Shown here: piece by piece, positions 34,954-48,183 of the stretch
Numbering within the stretch: position 1 is the first letter of the stretch
Layout of the letters: the number at the start of each line of letters is the position of its first letter
DNA from: Myxococcota bacterium
GTDB lineage: Bacteria > Myxococcota_A > UBA9160 > SZUA-336
NCBI GenBank assembly: GCA_035498015.1
Contig: DATKAO010000141.1
Coordinates: 5,370 to 69,369, forward strand
DNA: 64,000 bases
Reading direction: 5' to 3'
Notes under the pieces: generated by a model
The model's database searches: none
The model's input: only the letters and a program-made list of their open reading frames with translations
Told to the model about the DNA's origin: nothing
Program-made: the position numbers and the translations under genes

Positions 34954-35673
34954 TCAGTCGGCCTCGGCGTCCTCGATGTCCTCGGGCTCGACCGGGCCGA
35001 ACTGGCTCGAGAGCTCCTGGTAGCGCGCCAACACCGACAACAGGTACGGCGGCCGCGGCGTCCGCCCGCGCGCGACCATGCGCTGCACGCGGTAGGGACC
35101 CAGGTTGTAGGCCGAGATCGCGAGCGCCGGGTCGGTGTACATGTCGAACATCTCGCCCAGGTAGCAGGCGCCGATCGCCACGTTGGCCGCCGGGTCGAGC
35201 AGCGTGCGCTTGCCCGTGAAGGGGATGCCGTGGCGCTTCGCGACGTCGCGCGCCACGAACGGACGCACCTGCATGAGGCCGATCGAGCCACCCCGACCGT
35301 GCGCATGCGGGTCGAAGCCACTCTCCTGCTCGATGATCGCCAGCACGAGCGACGGGTCGAGCTGATGCGCCTGCACGGCGTCTTCGATCGCGGCCGCGAC
35401 GCGTGCGCGGTCGACCGGAGTCAGGTCGGGCGCTCGCACCACCAAGAGCCCGGCGATGCGCTCGGAGAGCCGCGGGCGCTGGAGCGCCGGCGCGGGCCGA
35501 GCCTGCGGCTGCGGGGAGGGGCGAGTGAGTTCCGCGGGTGCCGGGGCCAGGGCGACCTGGCTCGAGGCCGGCGCGGCCTGCTCGCGCAATACCGCCGCTG
35601 CGAACGGCGTCTGACATGCAGACGCGATCAGCCCGAAAGCGGCGACCGTGATGGCCAGCAGCGCTCGCTGCAC
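34954..35673 (-). CDS. lytic transglycosylase (SLT-domain) lipoprotein
   Basis: GGGAG lies 6 nt upstream of GTG 35673. Lipobox (M)QRALLAITVAAFGLIASAC. SLT motif EQESGFDPHAHGRGGSIGLMQV. Confidence 0.65.
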   Translation of the reverse strand: MQRALLAITVAAFGLIASACQTPFAAAVLREQAAPASSQVALAPAPAELTRPSPQPQARPAPALQRPRLSERIAGLLVVRAPDLTPVDRARVAAAIEDAVQAHQLDPSLVLAIIEQESGFDPHAHGRGGSIGLMQVRPFVARDVAKRHGIPFTGKRTLLDPAANVAIGACYLGEMFDMYTDPALAISAYNLGPYRVQRMVARGRTPRPPYLLSVLARYQELSSQFGPVEPEDIEDAEAD

Positions 35674-35796
35674 AGGTGCTCCCTGATTTCCCCCGCCGGA
35701 ATTGAAGGCTCCGGCCGCCTGCCCGGATCGAGTCCACCAAACGGGTGCCATGCGAGCTGTGATCGGAGTCACCCGGGCCGGGCCGTGTGATCGGCC

Positions 35797-38691
<2,895 letters not shown>

Positions 38692-38714
38692 TCGCGGCGA
38701 AACCTAGCAGTGAC

Positions 38715-39644
38715 GTGCCCGGCGGTCTCGGGCATCCTCCTGTGGTGACACCCCGTGGTGACGCTCGCGTTCCGGCGCTCGTGGTTTCGGGCTTCCTCGG
38801 CTCGGGCAAGACCACGCTCGTGCGCCGCCTGCTAGAGGACGCACACGAGCGGGGCCTGCGGCTCGCGATCGTGTCGAACGAGTTCGGCGAGGTCGGCATC
38901 GACCGCGCCCTGCTCGGCGGCGGCGACGAGACTTTCGTCGAGCTGGGCGGCGGCTGTGTCTGCTGCCGGCTCTCGGACGAGCTGGTCACCACGCTCGAGC
39001 GGCTGCGCGAGAAAGTGAGTCCCGACCGCGTGCTGATCGAGACCTCGGGCGTGGCGCTGCCCTACGACGTGCAGGTGCACTTCTACCGCGAGCCTCTGGT
39101 GCGCTGGATCGGCGAGGACCTGACCGCGGTGCTGGTGAACGCCGAGCAGCTCGCCGCCGGGCGCGACCTCGACGACACCTTCGAGGACCAGGTGACTTCC
39201 GCGGACCTCCTGGTGCTGAACAAGACCGACCTGGTCGCGCCCGCGGATCTGCCCGGTCTGGAGGCGCGGCTGCGCGCGCTCGAGCCCGACGCCCCGATCG
39301 TGCGCGCGCGACACGGCGACGTGTCACCCGACCTGCTGTTTCCGCCGGGCGCGGCCGAGGTGGCGCGCCGCGCCGACCGCGTGGCCCAGGCGCGCGCGCC
39401 GCACTCGCACGAGCAGTTCAGCGCCGAGGTGCGCGAGATCGCTCCCGGGCTGGCTCCGGCCGCGCTCGTCGAGTCACTGCGCGCCGAGAAAGCCCTGCGC
39501 GCCAAGGGCTTCGTCGAGACTTCCGAAGGCCTGCGCCTGGTGCAGGGCGTAGGGCCGCGCATCGAGCTTGTGGTGCCCGACGCGCCGCCGCCGCGCGAGC
39601 TCGTGGGCCGCGTGGTGCTGATCCGGCGCGGGGCGGCGCATTGA
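38715..39644 (+). CDS. COG0523/CobW-family G3E GTPase (putative metallochaperone)
   Basis: GFLGSGKTTL P-loop and GGCVCC (CxCC) motif. Start ambiguous: GTG at 38715, 38742 or 38745, none with a clear SD. Confidence 0.65.
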   Translation: MPGGLGHPPVVTPRGDARVPALVVSGFLGSGKTTLVRRLLEDAHERGLRLAIVSNEFGEVGIDRALLGGGDETFVELGGGCVCCRLSDELVTTLERLREKVSPDRVLIETSGVALPYDVQVHFYREPLVRWIGEDLTAVLVNAEQLAAGRDLDDTFEDQVTSADLLVLNKTDLVAPADLPGLEARLRALEPDAPIVRARHGDVSPDLLFPPGAAEVARRADRVAQARAPHSHEQFSAEVREIAPGLAPAALVESLRAEKALRAKGFVETSEGLRLVQGVGPRIELVVPDAPPPRELVGRVVLIRRGAAH

Positions 39645-42181
39645 GCGAGCCGGCGCGGCTCGACTCACTGGCGCAGCCGCGCGGCCTGCCGCCCGCCGAG
39701 GTCCTGGCGCGCTTCGTGGGCTGGTGCGAGGGCCGCGGCTTGCGCCCGTACCCGGCGCAGGAGGAGGCGTTCCTCGAGCTGCTCGAAGGCAAACACGTGG
39801 TGCTGGCCACGCCCACGGGCTCGGGCAAGTCACTCGTGGCGCAGCTCCTGCACTTCAAGGCGCTGTGCGAGGGCGCGCGCTCCTTCTACAGCTCGCCGAT
39901 CAAGGCGCTGGTCTCGCAGAAGTTCTTCGCGCTGTGCGCCGATTTCGGCGCCGAGAACGTGGGCATGCTCACCGGCGACGCCAGCATCAACCCCGCGGCG
40001 CCGATCGTGTGCTGCACCGCCGAGGTGCTGGCCAACATGGCGCTGCGCCGCGGCGACGAGATGGACCTGCCTTACGCGGTGCTCGACGAGTTCCACTTCT
40101 ACGCCGATCCCGCGCGCGGCTGGGCCTGGCAGGTGCCACTGCTCATGCTGTCGAAGACCACGTTCCTGCTCATGTCGGCTACGCTCGGAGACACGAAGGA
40201 GATCCGTGCCGACCTGGCGCGGCGCACCGAGCGCCCGGTCGCGCTGGTGACTTCCGACGAGCGCCCCGTGCCGCTCGACTTCTCCTACCGCGAGACACCG
40301 CTGCACGAGACCGTCTCCGATCTGCTCGAAGAGGGCAAGGCGCCGGTCTACGTGGTGAGCTTCACGCAGCGCGAGACCGCGGAGCTGGCGCAGAGCCTGA
40401 CGAGCCTGTCGGTCGCGACGCGCGCCGAGCGCGACGCGATCGCGCGGGCGCTGGCCGACTTCGACTTCGACAGCCCCTACGGCAAGGAGCTGGCGCGGCT
40501 GGTGCGCGCCGGCATCGGCATCCACCACGCGGGGCTCCTGCCGAAGTACCGGCTGCTGGTCGAGCAGCTGTCGCAGAAGAGTCTGCTCAAGGTCATCTCG
40601 GGCACCGACACGCTCGGCGTGGGCGTGAACATCCCGATCCGCACGGTGCTGTTCACCAAGCTCGCGAAGTTCGACGGCACGCGCGTGGGCCCGCTGCGCG
40701 TGCGTGAGTTCCGGCAGATCGCGGGCCGCGCCGGGCGCAAGGGCTTCGACGACCGCGGCAGCGTGGTGTGCCAGGCGCCGGAGCACGTGATCGAGAACAA
40801 GCGCATGAGGAACCGCGCCGGTCAGGGCGGCAGGAAGAAACGCGAGGTCACCAAGAAGCCGCCGCCGGGCTTCGTGGGCTGGAACGAGGACACGTTCCAC
40901 AAGCTGATCGAGCGCCCGCCCGAGCCGCTGCAGTCGCGCTTCCGTGTGACTCACGGCATGCTGATCCTGCTGCTGCGCCACGGCGAGGAGCTCCCCGACC
41001 CGCGCCGCAGCTGGCGGCTGGTCGCGGAGCTGATCGCGACCAGTCACGAAGACGAGCGCCGCAAGCGGCGCCTGCTGCGCGACGCCGCGAAGCTGTTCCG
41101 CGGGCTGCGCGCGGCCGACATCGTGCGCATCGAGCGCGACTCGGCGAGCGGCCTGCGGCGCGTGCGCGTGGCCGACGACTTGCAGTGGGACTTCTCGCTC
41201 CACCACGCGCTCTCGCTGTATCTGGTCGAGGCGATCTCCTACGTCGAGGCGCGCGACGAGGCGTTCGCGCTCGAGCTGCTCTCGCTGGTCGAGGCGGTGC
41301 TGGAAGACCCGCGCGCGATCCTGATGCGCCAGGTCGACCGGCTGAAGAGCGACTTGATGGCGCGCCTCAAGGCCGAGGGCGTGCCGTTCGAGGAGCGCAT
41401 CCGCCGGCTCGACGAGGTCGAGCCGCCCGCGCCCAGCCGCGCCTTCATCGAGCAGACCTTCGACTACTTCTGCCGCCGCCACCCCTGGGTGCAGCGCGAG
41501 GACGTGCGCCCGAAGTCGATCGCGCGCGAGCTGGTCGAGGGTTACTGGGACTTCGACCACTACGTGCGCTTCTACGGCTTGCAGCGCGTCGAGGGCCTCT
41601 TGCTGCGCTATCTCGGCGAAGTCTACGGATCACTCGTGCAGACCGTGCCCGCCGCCGCCAAGACCGACGCCGTCCACGACGTGATCGCCTACCTGCGCGC
41701 GCTGATCGAGCGCGTCGACTCGAGCCTGGTCGCGGAGTGGGAGAGTCTCTTGCACCCCGACCCGGTTGCACAGCCCGCCGCGCCCGTGCTGCGCGCGTAC
41801 GACCTGGCCGCCGACCCGCGCGAGCTGCGCGCGCGCGTGCGCGCCGAGCTGCATCGACTCACCCGCGCGCTCGCGCAGCGCGACTTCGAGGAGGCGGCGC
41901 GCTGCGTGCACCAGGACCCCGACGATCGCTGGACGCCCGAGCGCTTCGCGCGCGCGCTCGAGCCGTTCCGCACTGACTACGGCGAGATCGTGTTCACGCC
42001 CCGCGCGCGGGAGAACCAGTGGACCCGGCTCGAGCCCGACGGCGCGCGGCGCTGGCGCGCCAGCCAGGTGCTGCTGGACCGCGAGAACGACAACCTGTGG
42101 CACATCGCGGCCGTGGTCGACCTCGGCGGCGAGCGCGACCCGGTCGGCCCGCTCCTGCGAGTCACTCGGATCGGTACCTGA
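39641..42181 (+). CDS. DEAD/DEAH-box (Ski2-like) helicase with C-terminal DUF3516-like domain
   Basis: ATPTGSGKS, DEFH box, helicase C (GTDTLGVGVNIP...AGRAGRKG). TTG start overlaps the COG0523 stop (TTGA). Confidence 0.7.
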   Translation: MSEPARLDSLAQPRGLPPAEVLARFVGWCEGRGLRPYPAQEEAFLELLEGKHVVLATPTGSGKSLVAQLLHFKALCEGARSFYSSPIKALVSQKFFALCADFGAENVGMLTGDASINPAAPIVCCTAEVLANMALRRGDEMDLPYAVLDEFHFYADPARGWAWQVPLLMLSKTTFLLMSATLGDTKEIRADLARRTERPVALVTSDERPVPLDFSYRETPLHETVSDLLEEGKAPVYVVSFTQRETAELAQSLTSLSVATRAERDAIARALADFDFDSPYGKELARLVRAGIGIHHAGLLPKYRLLVEQLSQKSLLKVISGTDTLGVGVNIPIRTVLFTKLAKFDGTRVGPLRVREFRQIAGRAGRKGFDDRGSVVCQAPEHVIENKRMRNRAGQGGRKKREVTKKPPPGFVGWNEDTFHKLIERPPEPLQSRFRVTHGMLILLLRHGEELPDPRRSWRLVAELIATSHEDERRKRRLLRDAAKLFRGLRAADIVRIERDSASGLRRVRVADDLQWDFSLHHALSLYLVEAISYVEARDEAFALELLSLVEAVLEDPRAILMRQVDRLKSDLMARLKAEGVPFEERIRRLDEVEPPAPSRAFIEQTFDYFCRRHPWVQREDVRPKSIARELVEGYWDFDHYVRFYGLQRVEGLLLRYLGEVYGSLVQTVPAAAKTDAVHDVIAYLRALIERVDSSLVAEWESLLHPDPVAQPAAPVLRAYDLAADPRELRARVRAELHRLTRALAQRDFEEAARCVHQDPDDRWTPERFARALEPFRTDYGEIVFTPRARENQWTRLEPDGARRWRASQVLLDRENDNLWHIAAVVDLGGERDPVGPLLRVTRIGT

Positions 42182-42194
42182 GCGGGCTCGGCAG

Positions 42195-44708
42195 TCAGCC
42201 CGCGCTCGCGCCCACCAGCCGCTTCAGGGCCTCGGCGCTCGCGAAGTACAGAGCGACCAGCCCCAGCATGGCGCCCAGCAGCGCGGGCGGCAACGGCGCG
42301 AAGCCGAGCGGGCCGGCGAGCGGCGAGTACGGCAGCGCGAGCGCGATCGCGCCCACGGCGACGCTCGACGCGACCAGCGCCCGGCTGGGCCGGCTGCGCC
42401 CCAGCGGCAACGCAGTCCGCAGCGCGAACACGACGCTCACTTCGGAGAGCACCGACTCGACGAACCAGCCGCTGCGGAACAGCGTGGCGTCGGCCTTCAG
42501 CGCCAGCAGCAGCAGCGCAAAGCAACACAGGTCGAAGACGGAGCTCTGCGCGCCGAACAGCAGCATGAAGCGGCGGATGAAGCGCACGTTCCAGCGGCGC
42601 GGCGCGGCGAGTGTCTCGTCCTCGACCCGGTCGCCCGCGATCGTGAGCTGGGCGAGGTCACCCAGGAAGTTCAGCAGCAGGATCTGCTTGGGCAGCATCG
42701 GCAGGAAGGGGATGAACAGCGATGCGGCCGCGACCGAGAGCATGTTGCCGAAGTTCGAGCTCGTGGCCATGAACACGTACTTCTGCGTGTTCGCGAACGT
42801 GCGCCGGCCTTCGAGGATCCCGTCGCGCAGCGCAGACAACTCGCGGTCGAGCAGCACGATCTCGGCCGCCTCCTTCGCGACGTCGGTCGCCGAGTCCACC
42901 GAGATCCCGACGTCGGCGACGTGGAGCGCACCCGCGTCGTTGATGCCGTCGCCGAGAAAGCCCGCGACCCGGCCGGCGCGCTTGAGCGCCAGAATCACGC
43001 GCTCCTTCTGCGCCGGCTCGACCTCCGCGATCACGTCCGCTTGCACGGCGCGCGCGGCGAGCGCGTCCGCGGTGAGCTCGCGCAGCTCCTCGCCGGTGAG
43101 CACGCGCGGCTCCTTCAGCCCGACCTGACGCGCCACGTGACTGGCGACCCAGCGATTGTCACCCGTCAGGATCTTCAGCTCCACGCCGAGCTCGCGAAGC
43201 GAGGCGACGACGGCGGCGCTGTCCTCTTTCAGCCGGTCCGCGAACACCAGGAGGCCGATGAAGACCAGGTCGCGCTCGTCGCCGCGCTCGGCGCGCGTCT
43301 GCGCGCCCAGGTCGCGCACGGCCACCGCCAGGGCGCGCGCGCCGCGTTCGGACAGCGCGCGGAAGCGCGCCTCGATCGCCTCGCGGTGCGCCGCGATCGG
43401 CTCGCGGCCGCCGTCCGGCCGCTCGAGCTCGGTCGCGACCTCGAGCACCTTCGGGATCGGCCCCTTGGTGACCAGCAGGTTCCGGCCATCGAGCCGCACG
43501 AGCACGCTCTCGCGCTTGCGCACGAAGTCCCAGGGCACCTCGTCGAGCTTTGCCGCGGGGTCGGGCGCCGGGACGCCGGTGCACAGCGCGTCGTCGAGCG
43601 GGTTGCTGAAGCTGGTCGCGAACGCCGCGTTCAGGCGCGCGAGCGCGAGCACGCGCGCGCTCTCGCCGCCGAACGGGTCGCACGCCGCTTCCAGGCGCAC
43701 GATGCCCTCGGTCAACGTGCCGGTCTTGTCGGAGCACAGGACGTCCATGCTGCCCAGGTTCTCGATCGCGGAGAGCCGTTTCACGATCACGCGCCTCTGG
43801 GCCATGGCCCGGGCTCCTCGCGCGAGACACAGCGCGAGGATGGCCGGCAAGAGCTGCGGCGCCAGCCCGATCGCGAGCGCGAGCGAGAACAGGAGTGAGT
43901 CGAGCACGGGGCGCGCGAGCGCGACGTTGGCCGCGAAGATCAGCATCGTGAGCGCCAGAGTGACCTCGACGAGCAAGAGGCCGAAGCGGAACAGCCCGTG
44001 CTCGAACTCCGGCTCCGGCGCCGCGCGCGCCAGGCGCGCGGAGATGTCGCCGAGCGCGGTGCGGCGCCCCACCGCGACCACGAGCGCGCGCGCAGCGCCG
44101 CTGGCCACGTGGGTGCCGAGGAAGACCGAGTTCGCCCGGCCCGGCAGCGGCGTGTCCGGCGCGAGCGGCGCGTGGTGCTTCTCGACGGGGAATGACTCGC
44201 CGGTGAGCGCCGCCTCGACGCAGAACAAGTCGTGCGCGTCGAGCAGCCGGCAGTCCGCGGGCACGAGCGAGCCCGCGCTCAGCACCACCACGTCGCCGGG
44301 CACCAGCTCGTCCGGCGGCAGCTCGAGCTCGACGCCGTCGCGCAGCACGCGGCACTTCGCGCGGACGGTCTCGAGCAGCGCCTCGACGGCGCGCTCCGCG
44401 CCGCTCTCCTGCCAGGCGCCGACCACTACGCTCGCCGCCAGGATCCCGACGATGATCGCGGCGTCGGTCCGCTCCGCGAACACGAAGGAGAGGGTCGCCG
44501 CGAACACCAGCAAGAGCAGGATCGGGCTCCCGAGCTGGCGCAGCACCACGCGCGCGAGGCCGTGGCGCCGCGCGGCGGGCAGCGCATCGCCTGCGAGCAG
44601 CGCGCGCCGGCGCGCCGCCTCCACGCTCGACAGGCCCGCGTGACTCGTGTCGAGCCGCAGACAGGCGGCGTCGCAGTCCTCGCTCCAGAACGCCCCTGGG
44701 TCGTTCAC
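42195..44708 (-). CDS. mgtA: magnesium-translocating P-type ATPase (MgtA-like)
   Basis: DKTGTLT, TGDN, GDGINDAGAL, C-terminal PRRWNVRFIRRFMLLFG as in MgtA. GTG 44708 overlaps the nth stop (GTGA). The in-frame TTG 44820 was rejected because it would overlap nth by 114 nt. Confidence 0.65.
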   Translation of the reverse strand: MNDPGAFWSEDCDAACLRLDTSHAGLSSVEAARRRALLAGDALPAARRHGLARVVLRQLGSPILLLLVFAATLSFVFAERTDAAIIVGILAASVVVGAWQESGAERAVEALLETVRAKCRVLRDGVELELPPDELVPGDVVVLSAGSLVPADCRLLDAHDLFCVEAALTGESFPVEKHHAPLAPDTPLPGRANSVFLGTHVASGAARALVVAVGRRTALGDISARLARAAPEPEFEHGLFRFGLLLVEVTLALTMLIFAANVALARPVLDSLLFSLALAIGLAPQLLPAILALCLARGARAMAQRRVIVKRLSAIENLGSMDVLCSDKTGTLTEGIVRLEAACDPFGGESARVLALARLNAAFATSFSNPLDDALCTGVPAPDPAAKLDEVPWDFVRKRESVLVRLDGRNLLVTKGPIPKVLEVATELERPDGGREPIAAHREAIEARFRALSERGARALAVAVRDLGAQTRAERGDERDLVFIGLLVFADRLKEDSAAVVASLRELGVELKILTGDNRWVASHVARQVGLKEPRVLTGEELRELTADALAARAVQADVIAEVEPAQKERVILALKRAGRVAGFLGDGINDAGALHVADVGISVDSATDVAKEAAEIVLLDRELSALRDGILEGRRTFANTQKYVFMATSSNFGNMLSVAAASLFIPFLPMLPKQILLLNFLGDLAQLTIAGDRVEDETLAAPRRWNVRFIRRFMLLFGAQSSVFDLCCFALLLLALKADATLFRSGWFVESVLSEVSVVFALRTALPLGRSRPSRALVASSVAVGAIALALPYSPLAGPLGFAPLPPALLGAMLGLVALYFASAEALKRLVGASAG

Positions 44709-45379
44709 GCGTTCTGGGGACGCCGCGCGGCTCGCCCTCGCTCGCGCGTGGCCCGGGCCCGGCTCGCGGCCCAGCTGCAGATCGGACAGCGCGAGAAGTC
44801 GTGTGACCGGGCGGGGCAATGACTGCGGCCGAAGTAGATGATCTGCAGGTGGCGCCGGATCCACTCGTTCTCGGGAAACAGCGCCTTCAGGTCGCGCTCG
44901 GTCTGGACCACGTTGCGCCCGCTCGAGAGACCCCAGCGCGCCGCGAGCCGGTGGATGTGCGTGTCGACCGGGAAGGCCGGCACGCCGAACGCGTGCGCCA
45001 TGACCACGCTCGCCGTCTTGTGACCCACGCCGGGCAGCGCCTCGAGCTCTTCGAAGCTCTTGGGCACGCGCCCGCCGTGCTCGGCCACGAGCTTCTTCGA
45101 GAGCGCGTGGATGTGGGCCGACTTCGCGGGCGAGAGACCGCAGGGCTTGATGATCTCGCGGATCGCCGGCACCGGGAGACGGCTCATGGCGGCCGGGTTG
45201 TTGGCCCGGGCGAACAGCGCGGGCGTCGTGCGATTCACGCGCTCGTCGGTGCACTGCGCGGACAGCACCACCGCGATCAAGAGCGTGTACGGGTCTTCGT
45301 GGGCGAGCGGGATGTCGGGCATGGGGTAGAGCTCGTCGAGGATCTTCCCGATGCGGTCGGCCTTCTCCTGGCGGGTCAT
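44705..45379 (-). CDS. nth: endonuclease III
   Basis: HhH-GPD (LPGVGHKTASVV) and 4Fe-4S loop HCPARSHDFSRCPIC. ATG overlaps the hemH stop (ATGA). The ORF-track upstream extension is Arg-rich. Confidence 0.8.
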   Translation of the reverse strand: MTRQEKADRIGKILDELYPMPDIPLAHEDPYTLLIAVVLSAQCTDERVNRTTPALFARANNPAAMSRLPVPAIREIIKPCGLSPAKSAHIHALSKKLVAEHGGRVPKSFEELEALPGVGHKTASVVMAHAFGVPAFPVDTHIHRLAARWGLSSGRNVVQTERDLKALFPENEWIRRHLQIIYFGRSHCPARSHDFSRCPICSWAASRARATRERGRAARRPQNA

Positions 45380-46401
45380 CGGATCCTTTCTGCGAGGAAG
45401 CGCACGAACGCGGGGTGGGCGTTCGCGCAGGGCACGAGCTCGAGCGCCTCGCCGCCCGCCGCCTGCCACTGCGCGCGGCCGCGCACGCCGATCTCCTCGA
45501 GCGTCTCGAGACAGTCGGCCGCGAACGAGGGGCACAGCACGGCCAGGCGCTTCACGCCCGCGCGCGCGAGCTCGGGCAGACGCACGTCGGTGTGGGGCTG
45601 GATCCAGGGCTCCCGGCCGAGCCGCGACTGGAAGGCGAACGAGTGACTCCCCGGCGCGAGCCCGAGCGCGTTCACCAGCGCGCGCGTGGTCGCGACGCAC
45701 TGCGCGCGGTAGCAGCGCGCATTGGCGAAGCCGATCGCGTTGCAGCAGTCGGCGGAGCGCAGACAGTGTGTCCCGCTGCGGTCGCCGGCGCGCATGTGGC
45801 GCTCGGGCAGGCCGTGGTAGGAGAACAGCACGTGGTCGGGGCGGAAGGCCGCGAGCCGCGGGCGCGCGATCTCGGCCAGCGCGCCGATGAAGCCCGCTGC
45901 GTCGTAGAACTCGCCCAGCGCCTCGAGCGGCGGCACGTTGTTCTGCGCGCCCGCGAGCTCGAACAGCTTGGCGAGCCCCGAGCCCAGCGACGACGACGCG
46001 TACTGCGGAAACAGCGGCACGGCGACGATGCGCGCCGCGCCGGCCGCGATCAGCGACCCCAGCGCGTTCCCGAGCGACGGCTGGCCGTAGCGCATGCCGA
46101 GCCGCACCGAGTGACTCGGGCCGAGCTCGGCTTCGAGCGCCGCGGCGAGCGCCTCGCCGTGCACGAGCTGCGGGGAGCCTTCGGGTCCCCAGATCTTGCG
46201 GTAGAGCTCCGCGGAGCGCGGCGCGCGGAACGGCGCGATCACCAGGTTCACCAGCGGCCAGCGCAGGACGGCCGGCATGTCGAGCACGCGCGGGTCCATG
46301 AGAAACTCGCGCAGATAGGCGCGCACGTGGGCTGGCCGCGCCGAGCGCGGCGTGCCCAGGTTGAGCAGCAGCACGCCGGTCTTCTCGCCCGTCCGGGTCA
46401 C
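45376..46401 (-). CDS. hemH: ferrochelatase
   Basis: (M)TRTGEKTGVLLLNLGTPRS...PLFPQYASSS...FSYHGLP are ferrochelatase family motifs. GTG start (GCGTGACCCGG). Confidence 0.8.
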   Translation of the reverse strand: MTRTGEKTGVLLLNLGTPRSARPAHVRAYLREFLMDPRVLDMPAVLRWPLVNLVIAPFRAPRSAELYRKIWGPEGSPQLVHGEALAAALEAELGPSHSVRLGMRYGQPSLGNALGSLIAAGAARIVAVPLFPQYASSSLGSGLAKLFELAGAQNNVPPLEALGEFYDAAGFIGALAEIARPRLAAFRPDHVLFSYHGLPERHMRAGDRSGTHCLRSADCCNAIGFANARCYRAQCVATTRALVNALGLAPGSHSFAFQSRLGREPWIQPHTDVRLPELARAGVKRLAVLCPSFAADCLETLEEIGVRGRAQWQAAGGEALELVPCANAHPAFVRFLAERIR

Positions 46402-46500
46402 GCGCGAAGCAAACCGGAAATCCGCCGTCCTGTCGACCCCTTCGGCTTGACTCGCGCGCGGCTTCCTGGCCTGCTCTCGGAGAACTCGAGGAGGCACCCG

Positions 46501-48183
46501 ATGGCGGAGCTCGATCTCGCGATTCGCGGCGGAACGATCGTCGACGGCACGGGGGCGCCGGCTCGCCGGGGCGACGTGGGGATCCGAGCCGGGCGGATCG
46601 CCGAGCTCGGCACGCTCTCGGGCCGCGCTGCGCGCGAGCTCGACGCCAGCGGCTGCGTGGTCGCGCCCGGCTTCGTCGACATCCACACGCACTACGACGC
46701 CCAGGTCTTCTGGGACCGCATGCTCACGATCTCGCCCTGGCACGGAGTGACTTCCGTGGTGATGGGCAACTGCGGCTTCGGCGTGGCGCCGACCCGGCCC
46801 GCGCACCGCGAGCTGATCATGCGCACGCTCGAGAACGTGGAGGGCATGTCGCTCGAGGCGCTGCGCGCGGGCATCGGGCCCGACTGGCCGTTCGAGACCT
46901 TCCCGCAGTATCTCGACGCGCTCGAGGCGCGCGGCACGGCGATCAACGTGGGGGCGCTCGTGGGTCACACGCCCGTGCGGCTGTACGTGATGGGCGAGGA
47001 GGCGACCGAGCGCGAGGCGACCGAGGACGAGATCGCGCAGATGGAGCGCATCGTGGCCGAAGCCGTGCGCGCCGGCGCGGTGGGCTTCGCGACCAGCAAG
47101 TCGGCCACGCACGTGGGCTACGCGGGCCGGCCGGTGCCGAGCCGCGCGGCCTCGCTCGCGGAGATCGAGAGACTCGCCTCGACGCTCGGCGCGCAGGGCC
47201 GCGGCATCGTGCAGGCCACGATCGGCCGCGGCTTCTTCACCGCCGAGCTCGCGGAGCTGGCGCGCAAGACCGGTCGTCCGGTGTCGTGGACGGCGCTGCT
47301 GGCGGGCGCGCTCGGTCCCGACGGACACCGGAAAGTGTTGGAGGACCACGAGAGGCTCCAGCGCCAGGGCGTGCCGGTCTACCCGCAGGTGGCGTGTCGG
47401 CCGCTCAACTTCGAGTTCCAGTGGAAGGCGCCGTTCCCGTACGAGAGCATGCAGATCTTCCAGCCGGTGTCTCGCGCCGACCACGCGGGCAAGAAGAAGA
47501 TCTACGCCGACCCGGAGTTCCGCGCCGCGTTCCGCGAGCGCGGCAGCAAGGGCGGGATCGCCGGCCGCTGGGAAGACACCGTGGTCTCGAGCTATGCGCC
47601 CGACCCGAGTCTCGAGGAGCGCAACGTGGCGCAGCTGGCGGCCGAGCGCGGCGTGCACCCGGTCGACCTGGTGCTCGACATGGGTCTCGAGACCAACCTC
47701 GAGGCGCGCTTCCGCATCGCCGTCATGAACACCGACGAAGGCGCGGTGCGCGAGCTGCTCGCGCACCCGTCGGTGGTGCTCGGCCTGTCCGACGCGGGCG
47801 CCCACGCGAGTCAGCTGTGCGACGGCTGCTTCTCGACGCACCTGCTCGCGCACTGGGTGCGCGAGCAGGGCGCGCTGTCCATGGAGCAGGGCGTGCGGCT
47901 GCTCAGCTCGCGCTCGGCCGAGGTCTTCGGCATCACCGACCGCGGCCGGCTCGCGCCGGGCCTCGCCGGCGACGTGGCCGTGTTCGACCCCGACACCGTC
48001 GGGTGTAGCCCGCTGCGCCGCGTCTACGATCTGCCCGCGGGTCAGGACCGGCTGGTGGCCGATGCCGAAGGCATGCGCGCGGTGGTCGTGAACGGCGTGC
48101 TGCTGCGCGAGAACGGGCGCGACGCGGTGGATCCGGCCGGAAAGCTGCCGGGGCGCGTGCTGCGCGGCGGCGTCGCCGTCTGA
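46501..48183 (+). CDS. N-acyl-D-amino-acid deacylase (D-aminoacylase)-like amidohydrolase
   Basis: AGGAGG lies 6 nt upstream of ATG. GFVDIHTHYD metal-binding motif and D-aminoacylase-like sequence throughout. Confidence 0.65.
   Translation: MAELDLAIRGGTIVDGTGAPARRGDVGIRAGRIAELGTLSGRAARELDASGCVVAPGFVDIHTHYDAQVFWDRMLTISPWHGVTSVVMGNCGFGVAPTRPAHRELIMRTLENVEGMSLEALRAGIGPDWPFETFPQYLDALEARGTAINVGALVGHTPVRLYVMGEEATEREATEDEIAQMERIVAEAVRAGAVGFATSKSATHVGYAGRPVPSRAASLAEIERLASTLGAQGRGIVQATIGRGFFTAELAELARKTGRPVSWTALLAGALGPDGHRKVLEDHERLQRQGVPVYPQVACRPLNFEFQWKAPFPYESMQIFQPVSRADHAGKKKIYADPEFRAAFRERGSKGGIAGRWEDTVVSSYAPDPSLEERNVAQLAAERGVHPVDLVLDMGLETNLEARFRIAVMNTDEGAVRELLAHPSVVLGLSDAGAHASQLCDGCFSTHLLAHWVREQGALSMEQGVRLLSSRSAEVFGITDRGRLAPGLAGDVAVFDPDTVGCSPLRRVYDLPAGQDRLVADAEGMRAVVVNGVLLRENGRDAVDPAGKLPGRVLRGGVAV

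Noticed and set aside
44709-44820. TTG 44820 as the start of the mgtA-like ATPase
   Set aside because: Would overlap the 3' end of nth by 114 nt. GTG 44708 in a GTGA overlap fits the coupling pattern and leaves a normal MgtA N-terminus.
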